Below the pieces are notes generated by a model. The model had not been told where the DNA came from, made no database searches, and was given only the letters and a program-made list of their open reading frames with translations. Below are positions 52,444 through 64,000 of a stretch of 64,000 bases of DNA, one piece after another. This stretch comes from Nemertoderma westbladi (lineage: Eukaryota; Animalia; Xenacoelomorpha). Both the position numbers and the translations under genes were made by a program. The stretch is taken from assembly GCA_032718475.1 (NCBI GenBank), contig JAUCBJ010008515.1, forward strand, positions 50,128 through 114,127, in the 5' to 3' direction. The number at the start of each line of letters is the position of its first letter. The first letter of the stretch is position 1.

Positions 52444-53775
52444 TCACCTCCTTAGGCATGCTCTTCGTTCTGCTTCTGCCACTGCCTCTGCCGCTTTTCT
52501 TTCCGCTTCTGCCACTGCCACTGCCGCTGCCGCTGCTATTTTCTTTCTGTCCTCTATACGTTTTTTCTTGACTTGTTCTTCTTGGACCCTAGCGATGCGG
52601 AGTCTTTCATCAAATTTAGCCCGGTTCGCAGCTAACATATCCGCATCGATTGCGTCCAACACAAGCTTGGCTCCTTCACTATTAGGGCGAAGTCCAGACA
52701 GCCGTCTTCTCAACTCTTCGTCACCTACAAATCGTTGATAGTCTGACAGATAGATATCAATAGCATCTCTCTTATGCGGTTTCTCTGCTGTCGCTTCGCT
52801 CTCCACTTGGGAAAAGGTAGCGTCTGTTGATTCTCCATGGGTTGAGCGCTCAGCCAACTGAGATTTCCACGGGGCAGTTCTTTGAACTTGGAGACTCACC
52901 CGCTGAAACCAAGTCTTTACGGCAACTTGCAACGACGCGTCTTGTCTTCTTTTCGAAGCCTCCTCAAAGGCAGATAAGATTAGTCTGATTCTTAGAATTC
53001 TTTCTCGAACTTGATAAAGCAGCTCTTCCTGCCTTTGAGGTCTTTGCCGTTGTTGAAACAGGTGTTCCTCTAAGCACTCCAAAGAGCTGAAGAATCCCTG
53101 GACATATTCTGCTGCCGACCTCTCCCACACAGCTGGATCACTCGTGTTTCTTGACACTCCCATCCTGTGTAAGTCCTCCCAGGCAGCTTCCGATAAGTCA
53201 AATGGGAGTCCGGGTCCGGGGAAGTTCCATTGCTTCTCGACAATAGACTTCAGTTCCTCCACCGTATATCCCGCATAACTGACCTCCCTCATGTATCCCG
53301 CACAACCGTCCCCAGTCGATCGCTTACTTCTTGCCCAACCGACTGGATGTTCTTCCACAGCGATCAATACTCTAGCGAGTACGTTCCCTGGAAGAATGAG
53401 AAGGGGATCCGTATAAACCGCATCTGCCATTTTTGCTCCGCGCTCGGGTGTCAGCTCCACAATATCGGAACTACTGGAACTATCGGGCTGTTGAGAAATA
53501 AGTTCTCGTTTCGGGTACTGCTGCTGTTTCGCTGCCTCTTGGTCCCGCTTGACCCGAGCCCCAGTGCCTATGATAGACCTATGGTGCTCTTCTAGTCTAG
53601 GGTCTGACACTACTACTGTAGGGATGGCCTTTCTTACAGTAGGAGGGGACTTAGACTTTGGTCTGGGATGTTCTATACTTTGATCTTGGTCACAGATCTT
53701 TTTAAGACACTGTCTAACAGTCATTCTAACACTTTCTATGAGACTATCTGACAGTGTTTGTTGTGAGTCAGACAT
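52444..53775 (-). CDS. Unknown 443 aa ORF upstream of BEL gag
   Basis: Long ATG ORF inside the LTR pair, sense with gag. Helical, charged, Ala/Glu-rich C-terminus. Confidence 0.65.
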   Translation of the reverse strand: MSDSQQTLSDSLIESVRMTVRQCLKKICDQDQSIEHPRPKSKSPPTVRKAIPTVVVSDPRLEEHHRSIIGTGARVKRDQEAAKQQQYPKRELISQQPDSSSSSDIVELTPERGAKMADAVYTDPLLILPGNVLARVLIAVEEHPVGWARSKRSTGDGCAGYMREVSYAGYTVEELKSIVEKQWNFPGPGLPFDLSEAAWEDLHRMGVSRNTSDPAVWERSAAEYVQGFFSSLECLEEHLFQQRQRPQRQEELLYQVRERILRIRLILSAFEEASKRRQDASLQVAVKTWFQRVSLQVQRTAPWKSQLAERSTHGESTDATFSQVESEATAEKPHKRDAIDIYLSDYQRFVGDEELRRRLSGLRPNSEGAKLVLDAIDADMLAANRAKFDERLRIARVQEEQVKKKRIEDRKKIAAAAAVAVAEAERKAAEAVAEAERRACLRR

Positions 53776-54105
53776 GTTTGTTTGTACAGTTGAATGCCTA
53801 CTGCTATATTACAGTTAAAGCAAGTCTTGTAATTCAGTATCACCGTTAGCCTAGTAATTAATTACCGATACTGTTACTCAGTGTAACGTGATATATATAT
53901 ATAATATATTAGAATACTGGTATACACTTATAGTATATATATAAGTATTATTACAGACTAGGTTTGTCACAGAATACCGGTATATAATTTCAGCACAACT
54001 ATATATATAAATATATAATAGGCCTATCGTGAATACCGGTATACAGCTTACACTTATAGTACATATAAGTATAATTATGGACTAGAATTAATTACAGAAT
54101 ACCGG

Positions 54106-57100
54106 TGTGGGCGTATCTACTATTGCTGCGAGGCAGCAGACGAATAAAACCTTTGTCTGGAGCAGATACTATCAGATAGATATGTATAATAGGGTCCTCC
54201 AGGGACCGGTCACGGCATGTAGTAAGTAGCCTAATAACAGAATATGTACTGCCGTACTCTGACTAACACCGACATACAGACTGTCCAACACCGGTAGGTC
54301 TCTCCCCTCTCGTCCCAGGATATCCGTGGGGCGAGCCATATATTATCACCACACCCCCTTACGAGCTCGGATTAGCCGTCTAAGGCTGTGCCGAGCTATC
54401 AACAGTTCTGTCCTACAGTCTGTCGGGTGGCTGACGCGTCCGTTTTGGATACCTCGAAACTGAAAGTTTATCGGAGGTCTGAGTTTCCACTAGGGGTTCA
54501 CGCCAGCGCAGTTTCTTGGTGGGTGTGGGTCCCGTTGGGGCCGCGTCCGGTGGCGGAGGGCCCGTTGGTGTCGCCTGGTGGGCGGTGTCCGGGATTAGGA
54601 AGCGTCGGTTCCGGACAAGGGTGCGTCCGGACGGCATCCGGACTGTATACTTCCGGTGGGAACCAGTCTCTACGACGGTTCCAGCGCGATCCCATCGCTT
54701 GGTGGTAGGGTGTTGAACCCTTACCCGGGCGCCTACCATGAGAGGTACCAAATCTTTGGCGCCGCGGTTGTACTGGGTGGTCCGGGCCGATTTGATGGCT
54801 GGCGCCACCCGGTCTAGCTGCATCCGGGTCTCTTGTATAGTCCGGGCGAAGGCGGTGTGGTGAGCTGGGACACGCGTCCGCATTGGGTGTCCGAAGACAA
54901 TGTCCACTGGGGAAGAGCCGCTCTCCCTGGGGCTGTTGCGGAGTTCCAGGTGCCCCTCCAGGAACACTTCGGACGTAGTAGGGCCCCCGGTCTTTACCAG
55001 AAGGCTCTTCAGGGCCTTTACCGCCGACTCGGCGTGCCCGTTACTCTGGGGGTATTCCGGTGACGACGTGACCGGTGTGACCCCCCATTCCTTCAGGAAT
55101 TTCGTCGTCGCTGCCGCAGTGAAAGGGGTCCCGCCATCCGAGCGAAAGCGGGTCGGCACCCCGTACCGGATGAACCAGTCTCGCAGGGCGGTGATTGTCC
55201 GGTCGGCAGTAGGTGGGGCGGAAAACGAGTACACTTCCAGCCATCCGGAATATCGGTCGGCGGCGGCCAGGAAGTGCTTCGCCCCAAGGGAGAAGAAGTC
55301 CCCCGAAACGTCCTCGAAGGGTCGAGTGGGTGGAGGTTCCGACTGGAATGACTCCTTTGTCTGGCTCGATCAGCCGGTCAGACATTCGCTGCAAGCGCCC
55401 ACGGTCGTCCGGACATCGTTAGTTATGCCCGGCCAGTAGACACACTGCCGGGCACGTCGTAGCGTCTTCTCCACCCCCTGGTGCGAGGCGTGGAGGCGCG
55501 TAAGGGTAGATTTCCGCGACGCTGTGGGGACCACAATGCGATGGCCCAGCAGGGCCAGGTCCCCGTCCGTGGTTAACTGGTCCCGGACAGACCAGAAGAT
55601 GTTCACCGCTGGGTTCGTCCGGGTGGATTCCGGAAACCCAGCCTCGATAGCCGCGAGTAGGGCTTTGTAGTCCGGATCGTCCCGAGCCAGTCGGGCGAGT
55701 ACATCGAGGACTGGATCCGTGAGGTGGGCGGAATCGGAGCCGGTTATGTCGGCGGTGGTCTGGTGGGTGACGGCCCGGATGTACGTCGCCATTTCGCCGT
55801 CGTCCACGATGTCATCCGGTGTCGGGTCGTTGACGGGGGCGCGGGACAAAGCGTCGGCTATGGCGTGGTCCTTCCCCTTTGTCCATGTGGTGGTAAACTG
55901 GTAGGGAGCCAGTTTCGTTTTGAGCCGCTGGAGGCGCGTGTTGTCGGTCGCGTCCACCGTGTACTTGTCGATGATCGTCACCAACGGCTGGTGGTCAACG
56001 ATTAGGTTGAAGTGTGGGAGGCCGAGAAGGTACATACGGCACTTCTGCACTGCCCATACGACGGCGAGCAGCTCGAGTTCTACCATGGCATACCGGGACT
56101 CGGTCTCGGTGGTGAACCTCGAGCCGCACTCGACCAGCTTCCAGTCCTCCCCGTGAAGTTGGAGGAGGGCGTAGCCGAGGCCCTTCAGCCGGGACGCGTC
56201 TGTCACTAGGCGGGTCTCCCGGGTCATGTCGAACGGGACGAGGGCCGGCGGTGACGTCAGAGCCAGCTTGGTGGCCTCGAAGGCCCGTTCGTGGTCCACC
56301 GTCCAGATGAAGGTCGCCTTCGTGCTTAGGAGGGGACGTAGCGGGGACATCGCGGCAGCGATGTCTGCTGAGAACGGAGCGAGTTGCTCCACCAGTCCGA
56401 GGAAGCTCCGGAGATCGGTGATGTTCCCAGGGCGGGGGAAGCCGGCGATCGCCTTCAGTTTCTCAGGGTCGGCTTTTATCCCGGAGGCGCCGACGAGGTA
56501 CCCAGCGAACCGAACTTCGGTCTGGGCATACTGAACCTTCCCCGGGTGTAACTTGATCCCGTAGGTCCGGCACCGCTCCATAAACCTCGCGATGTTCTCC
56601 ATGTGCTCCTCCATCATATCGTCGTAGAGGAGTACATCGTCTACGACCTTGATGAGGTTAGGAAGTCCCTGGATGGCGTCGTCGCCTCGACGGTTAAACT
56701 CGTCGCCGGACAAGATCAGCCCCATCACACTACGAGTGTGACAGTACCGGCCCCAGGGAGTCGCGAAGGTGGTGAGGAGTTGGGATTCCTCGTCGAGGGG
56801 AACCTGCCAGTAGCCACTGGCGGCATCGAACACGGAGAAAATCTTTGCAGTCGTGGAGACTCCGGCGACTGCGGTCTGTGGATTCGGCGTTGGGTAATAG
56901 GGGCGTTGGACCTGCGAGTTTAGGTGGCGGAGGTCCACGCAGAGTCGCAGTCCTCCGTTGGGTTTAGGCGCCACCGTCATCGGATGGGCCCATTCCGTAG
57001 GTTCCTCGACCCGGGTGATGACTTCCCGTCGCTCTAGCTTGTCGAGGAGTTCTTTCACCTCGTCCCGCATCGCGAACGGGACAGGTCGCGCGCCGTTGAC

Positions 57101-59108
57101 GTGGAACGGCTTGGCCCCATCCTTCAGCTGGATACGCATGGGCGGGCCATGCATCGTCGGAAGAGGCGAGGAGTCGTTGTCAAACACGTCGCTGAACTCG
57201 CGGAGGAGATTGTCCCGGGAGCGGATCGCCGGGGATGGAGCAACAGAAGCGACGGTTCCGCGGCTGTGTAGGGGCGCCGGGAAGGTGCGCGGGAGGATGT
57301 CCAGGTCCTGGATGGTCTTCTTCGAGAGGATCAGTCCGTCGGACTCGGGAGAGATGACCAGCTCAGTGGTCGCCGTCGTCCCGCAGTAGTTGATCTCCAC
57401 TGGGTACCGCCCCATGGCCGCCATGGGGAGTCGGTTGGCCGCCTCGAATTTGTCAACGTCTCGAAGCGGGAGGAGGTCGTCGAGTCGCCCTCCGAACCGG
57501 AGAACCAGTCCCTGGTTGAAGATGTTGGCGGCCGCACCACTGTCCGGGAGGGAGTGACAAACCGTCCCCTTGAGGTTCCCGATCCCGGAGTCTGCCAGGC
57601 CCACCGCGATATAAGAGAGTTTGCAGGCTGTTTCCTGATTGTTGGCAACGCTGCTAATACTCTGGCAGTGGTACACTGTGGACACCCTCTTCTTGGTGGC
57701 GGATCGGGACCGGCACATCCGCTTGATATGCCCCGTCCTGCCACAGCCGTGGCACTTGACCCCCTTGGCGGGGCATTCCGAGCCCGCCTCATGGGGTTCC
57801 CGGCCGCTAGGGTCCGCCACGCGGGGTCGGGTGATGAGTTCCGGGTGCCCATCGGGGAGCGGGAGATAGCGGGGTTGCGGGAGGCCGAGCATTCGCGTTT
57901 GTACGCGGAGAGTTTGTTTACTGGTTTCCCGCTCGCGAGGATCGAGTCGTTCCGTTCGCTGGCTTCCACGCTCTGCGCGATCCTCACGCAGTCCTCGAGG
58001 GTCGGTTGAGGAAGAACCTTGAGGAGTTCCGTCCGGGTCTCTGAACATCGAAGGCCCACTAGGATCTGGGTAACGATCTGCCAGTCGCGGCAGTTCCCGC
58101 AGAGCTCCGCAGTGTCTGCGAGATCCTCCAGGGCCACCCGGAATGAATCGAATCCCTCGGTCGCGCCTTGCCGGCGCTCGTGGAACTTGATCGCGTCGAT
58201 TGCGATACTCCTCTTGGCGCGGAGGTGGCCCTGGAGTGCATCGAGGACCGTCTCCGTGGTTGTATCGTCCGCGTCAATGTCCACGTGTAGGGTGACGCGG
58301 ATGGTCTCCTGTAGGCCGCTACCGAGGGCAGCAACGAACCTGCTCGGCCCGCGGGAACGTAGCTAACTGTTGTCGGTGGGCGTGGACCCGCCACGCCTGT
58401 CTCCACCGGCGGAACATGGAGAACTCGACGTCCACGTCGATCTTCTCCATCGTCAAGATGTCGATTACCCGGCGTCGGGGAGCCGGGTTCGTGACGGCCC
58501 CTGTGTACGTGGGTTGGGTCGTCGGTAGTTCCGGTGTGGCGGCCGCCGCCACGCCGGGTTGTAAAGCCGCGAGGAGTTTAGCGATGCGGTCGTCCGCGGC
58601 CGCCTGTTGTTGAAGTAGGCGGTCATCCGCAGCCTCCTGGCGACGGTTGGCGTCCTCCTGCTGTTGCGCCAGCAGCTGAGCCATAGCAGTCTGCTGTTGG
58701 GCGAGGATTCGCGCGAGGTCGTCCATTCGGATAGGGGCGCGACTGCCGCCTCGGGCTTCTAGAGTTTCGTCGCCGTCGCTGCTGTCCGCCGTGGGCGGGG
58801 ACGTGATCTTCCCTTTGGATTTAGGCGGCATGGGCCCAAGTTATCCTACACACTGCGCCATGTGGGCGTATCTACTATTGCTGCGAGGCAGCAGACGAAT
58901 AAAACCTTTGTCTGGAGCAGATACTATCAGATAGATATGTATAATAGGGTCCTCCGGGGACCGGTCACGGCATGTAGTAAGTAGCCTAATAACAGAATAT
59001 GTACTGCCGTACTCTGACTAACACCGACATACAGACTGTCCAACACCGGTAGGTCTCTCCCCTCTCGTCCCAGGATATCCGTGGGGCGAGCCATATATTA
59101 TCACCACA
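54106..59108 (-). mobile_element. Full-length Gypsy (Mag-like) LTR retrotransposon, 5.0 kb
   Basis: 248-bp TG..CA LTRs at 54106-54353 and 58861-59108. TSD ACCGG. PBS TGGCGCAG next to the 5' LTR and PPT AAGGGGG next to the 3' LTR. Confidence 0.96.
54413..58831 (-). pseudogene. Gypsy gag-pol broken by about three frameshifts
   Basis: CHGCGRTGH knuckle, PDSGA protease, LCVDLR, VVDD RT, TDAS RNase H, HASHQG..C, RSDGG and SNGHAE integrase motifs. Confidence 0.92.
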
Positions 59109-59329
59109 ACCGGTATATAATTTCAGCACAAATATATAGAAATATATAATAGGCCTATCGCAAATACCGGTATACGACTTATACTTATAGTATATATAAG
59201 TATAATTATAGACTAGAATTAATTACAGAATACCGGTATATAATGTCAGCACAAATATATAGAAATATATAATATAATAAGCCTATTGTAAATACCGGTA
59301 TATCAATTATTTTAGAATAATTGAATTTC

Positions 59330-59365
<36 letters not shown>

Positions 59366-60278
59366 GGGTTACTTGGTTACTTTACTTTACTTGATTACCG
59401 TTATTTAAGCAGTAGTCCAACTGACATTAAGACCTAATTGTTGTAAGACAGGCCTACTATTTATAAATCGTTTGAGTTGATTTATAATATATATATACCC
59501 GTATAATGGGTTTTGTCAATATTTGAAATAAATGTTATTATTTCTGGGAAGGAGTCACTGCACAGAAGCTATACGCTTTCAGTGAAGTGCTACTTGTTGG
59601 ACACTAAAACAAATAATTCTAATTTACCTAAGTTACTTATTACTACAAATTACGTACAATTCGGGGTGAGATTACAATCTCTAAATAAACACAAAAATTA
59701 CACGTACGAATTTTTAGGGTAATTTTACAAGAAGTCTACCAACCAGCCTAACAAAGGGTTAGAATATCTGGTTATTACAACGAACAGGATACTACGGTAT
59801 ATGAAAATAACAAAGCAGTAGTAAATATACTGCGTTGTCCAGATAGGAAAAATACCACCGTCTGACGACTTATAGCCGTATCGCTATAAGTACTACGTTA
59901 TGTATCACAGAGTGTTCCTACCTAGAAGTTAATTACCGCGGTCTACCAGAACCAACGTGCCTATTAACCACTTTACAACACAAATATACTGCCTACACAC
60001 TAATTACCTTCGGAAAGCACTGTACACTAAACCCTAAATTAGGTACAAGTACTTATACAACCAATAATCAGTAGTTAAAATACTTGAACAGCTAAAAGAA
60101 CCACGGTATCTGCTGGAGTGACCGGGGCACAAAATCACCAGTCTTTACCTACGCCAAGCAGCCCTGATGTAGTACCAGGGTTAATTTAACTATAACAGTA
60201 TATATAACAAGCACAATTACTGTAGGAATAAACTTGGGGATATGAATGTTGCGAATAATCGCATAAACTCTGAATAAT

Positions 60279-60850
60279 AAATATTACGCTACGCGTACAG
60301 ACTATTCAAACAAAATGCAGACCAAATGCTGACAGACTACTATCAAGCCTAAACAAACTACGGTATATGCAGACTCCGAAATGGTTAGTTAGTATGCGTT
60401 CTAACCGAGTAGTACGACTTATTCTTTCGAGGGGGTTTACCTCACAGCACTGGAAGCCCCTACGTTCCTAACTGGAACTTTATCGGACATACACTCTACA
60501 CACACCGCAATCCTTTCAGACCTAACAACAGCCAGACAACAATCCAGCCTACAAATTATCTAAATAAGAAATATTACGCTACCCGTACAGACTACACAAA
60601 CAAATACAGACCAAACGCTGGCAGACTACTATCAAGCCTAAACAAACTACAGTATATGCAGACTCCGAAATGGTTAGTTAGTATGCGTTCTAACCGAGTA
60701 GTACGACTTATTCTTTCAAGGGGGTTTACCTCACAGCACTGGAAGCCCCTACTTTCCTAACTAGTACTTTTTCGGACATACGCTCTACACACACTACAAT
60801 CTCCTCAGACTCAACAACAGTCAGACAACAGTCCAGCCTACAAATTATCT
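60279..60850. repeat. ~290 bp tandem duplication in BEL leader
   Basis: AAATATTACGCTAC...GCCTACAAATTATCT occurs twice, starting at ~60279 and ~60569. Confidence 0.9.
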
Positions 60851-61123
60851 GTACAATCTGAGCAGGCTTACACGCCTTCTGCTCAATATTGGCCTACAAA
60901 TAAATAAAACTGACAGAAATAAGTAAAATCCCAATAAAAACCAGGCGTCCCCGATTACTTATTAAGACCTACCGGTATATAATTATCAAATTCGAATAAT
61001 ACTGCTGTACCTGTACTGCTGTAGGTACCGGTCCGGGTGGTTAGGTAGTCAGGCCTACTAGGTACCGGTTGACCGGTACTTCAGCTTTATTGCCTACTGC
61101 AATACAGAAGCAATATCTGTTAT

Positions 61124-62349
61124 TGTTCGCGCTTTCAGACCTTTAGCAGTTTAACCTGCCAAATTTGGATGTCTTCTAGATAATAAATCGACTTTAGCCT
61201 ATGACGAGTATTTGATACACTACATTAGCCGAAGCCAGTCTATGCGCGACCATTCACCCGCTGGATATACCCGGGAGACTGGATTCGGAAGCCTAACCTT
61301 ATTGCGGTGTAGGCCTACTGTATTATTCGACTGATCGTAATATATAATCTCTGACAAATATTATTCACTTTCGGGAAATATTAACAGTTCCTTTAGGACG
61401 TGGCGCTCTAAATATGTAAATAGAGTTATGACTTAAACTAGACACAACGGGATGGCTATGGATTCACGTATATAGCGCATTCTTTAGGAGATGCTTTGTT
61501 ATCAATCACAATCATACACACTACTGCACAATACTGCACACCGATCTGCCGACCTTCACTAATTTTAGTCACATATAAAGAGAACAACAACCGACTCATG
61601 TAGTGCCTATGAAATAGCATTAGATTCACTCCAAAACCACTTTAATGTAAGTCGCAATCGTTATATGTAACCGGTCTCTCTTACCTTCAGTATATCAAGA
61701 AGATTGAGGGTTTTGTAATTATTTATCGGTATTCCAAATATAATAATATTCCATCAACTGATATAATGAATAACCGACAGTAAATAGCAGTACAAATGTT
61801 AAGGTATGAATGGTTATGATATGTTATGTTATGATAACAGATATACGTTCTATAATTAAGCCTACTAATGTAGGGCTAAAGTCTGAAACAACAGAGATTC
61901 CAAAGCCGGTCTTCTAGGCTCGGGAAAACCAACACAACTGATCCCTCTGGGCTGTTGTAGGTATCTTTCAACACAAAGAGAAACAGCTCTCATTGGCCGA
62001 GTTCCAGATTCTGTAGGTTCCACGAATGTCTAAATGCCGAACTATTCGGGTTTTTGCAGCCCATATTCAACACAAGGCGAAATCGCTCTGATTGGTGGAT
62101 CATTGTTCTGATTGGTTGATCGAACAGAACAAAGAGCCTATAGGCGTACAGCAAATCGGTTGGTAGATTGCGTCATTTGAGTTAGGTAGCTTAGAGTATT
62201 TGAGCGCATTGTGGGAAAACTGGCTTTTTATGTCCGCTAAAGCACACATGCAGACACAGCGGATAAATCGCTAGTTATGTCCTCTAAAAACACCTTACAC
62301 AGTACATTGCGGAGAAAAGGGCCAGTTATATCCCGCAAAAGCTTTTACA
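61124..62349 (-). repeat. BEL 5' LTR
   Basis: Matches 27264-28503 with roughly ten substitutions and one ~14 bp indel by eye. Confidence 0.95.
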
Positions 62350-62354
62350 GAATT

Positions 62355-62900
62355 GTTGGCTTCTCTCTCTCCAGAAGGGGGTGAGACAGGCAGCCAGTCA
62401 GGAGATAACTGACGCCTGTGAGGCCGATTGTGTCCGGTAATTCCACTGGCCTCTAGTGGCCGGACCTCCGCATTACTAATGTAATCCATGGTGGGGGGTT
62501 GGGGGGTGCTTTTTTGCCGAGTCAGCTCTCGGGGCAAATACCACACCCTGGTTTGCCGTTCCACAGGGTGGGTGTCGGAGTGGAGTCAGATATGAGGCCC
62601 ATCACCCATATCTACTCTGGCGCACATGACCCACCATTGGCTGTGCAGCTCATCTGCTGGGTCATGCCCTGTACCCCTGCTGCCAGGTGCTAGTCGCAGT
62701 GAAGTGCACTCAGAGTGAACATGAGAACACTCTACTCCTGACCAGCCATTGGTAGATCACCATCTTCCTGGCCAGGCCATATACCCCTGCAGCCAAGTAT
62801 ACGTGTCCTTAATCCAGGACCAACGGCGTCCTTATCCCAGAACGAAGGGGGTCCTAGTTACAGGACCAGATTTGCCCTAGTAAGAGGGTCTATGCAACTA
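62355..62900 (-). mobile_element. 5' portion of the RTE LINE split by the BEL insertion
   Basis: Removing the BEL and one TSD joins ...EREANNS to LSPFPDD... in frame with the 26112-27257 ORF. The outer boundary is approximate. Confidence 0.8.
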
Positions 62901-64000
62901 CAGGTAGCACTTCCTTTATGCTGCATGGAGGTGGCAAGTTTTCTTGATCAATGGCCTAGAATACCTGACCTGACAGAACTGTTCCATGTTTTGTGATATC
63001 CTAATTAAAGTTTTAGAGTAAACAGTTTATTTTCCTGAAAGTGTTTAGTATTTTAGTTTAATTTGTAGGTGAGTTAAATGAAATCCGATATCGACGACTA
63101 GGATGTACCATTGCTATCCCACTAAGATATAGTTGAATATTTTCGGACAGCGAGTTGATGAGATCTGCCCAGCCATTGGGTCTGTCATTCCTTCGTTCTA
63201 GATGGAGACCGAACGGAGAGTTGGTCTGGCTTAAAAAAAAGCGGGTTGATTTATCAAATTGCGGTTGTAATATCACTGAAGAAATTGTTGAACAACTATA
63301 TTGCTCTGATAAGAGTCACAGATATAGTAGTTACCATTGTAAGAAGGCAAACTAAGATAATGTTAATAATTATGATAATTTTAGTGCAGTAACTAAGTAT
63401 AGTATTTTGTCACATCTAGTTTGAAATTCCCTTTACCAATATGGCTTGTTGTACCTTTACAGATACATAATATAGTTTAAAATGCTTTAAGATATACCAC
63501 AATCACCATTATGTTTGTATGTTTTAATACATTTATTTCCTTTGACACCATGGACTTCATCATGGACATTTGTTGCAACTGGTCTGGCACCATGTATACA
63601 TGTAGCCAGGGTTGTATCCGCACTCACCACTGGCAGCCCAAGTTGGACACTCTGTTTCAAGATCTGGGTATTCGACACATCCTTTTTGAAAAAAATATGA
63701 TAATATAGTGCATCAATAATAATAATTTAACCTACATAATTAATAGCTATGGCAGAATCTTTTCAACACTCTGATAGATTATGATACTTCAAATTAAAAA
63801 TAATATTATTTATTGTCTTGATGTCTCAGAATGAAAAATGTAAAATAAAAAAATTCCGTAGCATAGCAGCATCAAACTATTCTTTTAGATTCGCTTACAT
63901 AATAGTTTAAGTTTTCATTTTTCATTGAGTGCAATTTTTTTCCCCGACGCAAACATTCGACTAATTCTTATAGACTGGTTAGACTCACTGTAAACTAAAA

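Larger units (their letters stand above)
27264..62349 (-). mobile_element. BEL/Pao LTR retrotransposon, internally deleted (no RT or integrase core), with nested insertions
   Basis: Paired TG...CA LTRs. TSD GAATT at 27259-27263 and 62350-62354. Gag, protease and RNase H tail are present. Confidence 0.93.

Noticed and set aside
54388-58613. Numerous plus-strand ORFs over the Gypsy element (likewise 8650-11385)
   Set aside because: They are shadow ORFs of GC-rich pol sequence with no motifs.
62700-62960. HDV-like ribozyme at the RTE 5' end
   Set aside because: CCACCTCCATGC (minus strand) is suggestive, but I could not build the P1/P3 pairings by eye. It needs a covariance or descriptor search.
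63058-63708. Possible host exons (LRR-like VDLSNCG)
   Set aside because: The ORFs are short, with no convincing domain or splice structure.

Overview
Eukaryotic (invertebrate-like) repeat-dense window made almost entirely of nested transposable elements. The main structure is a stack of insertions, each junction confirmed by a target-site duplication (TSD). An RTE-type LINE (24906-~62900, minus) is split in-frame by a 35 kb BEL/Pao LTR retrotransposon (27264-62349, GAATT TSD). The BEL contains a complete ~16 kb Polinton/Maverick (32255-48231, AGT...ACT ends, AGTATG TSD) and a young Gypsy element (54106-59108, ACCGG TSD). The Polinton has the core genes (pPolB, integrase, ATPase, protease, major capsid, two penton-like genes, pX-like). 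It also carries accessory ORFs that look like TATA-binding protein (TBP), tandem PC4, RING and DEDD-fold proteins. Two related BEL/Pao elements each carry a homologous extra 3' ORF with DEDDy (RNase D/EXD1-like) exonuclease motifs in the env position. The left part holds a CACTG-ended DNA element containing Tigger and CRE-like pieces, a ~2 kb duplication, a piggyBac-like MITE, and Gypsy, LINE and P-like fragments. One likely host gene is present (Ly6-like GPI-anchored protein). All protein calls come from motif recognition by eye; no database search was run.
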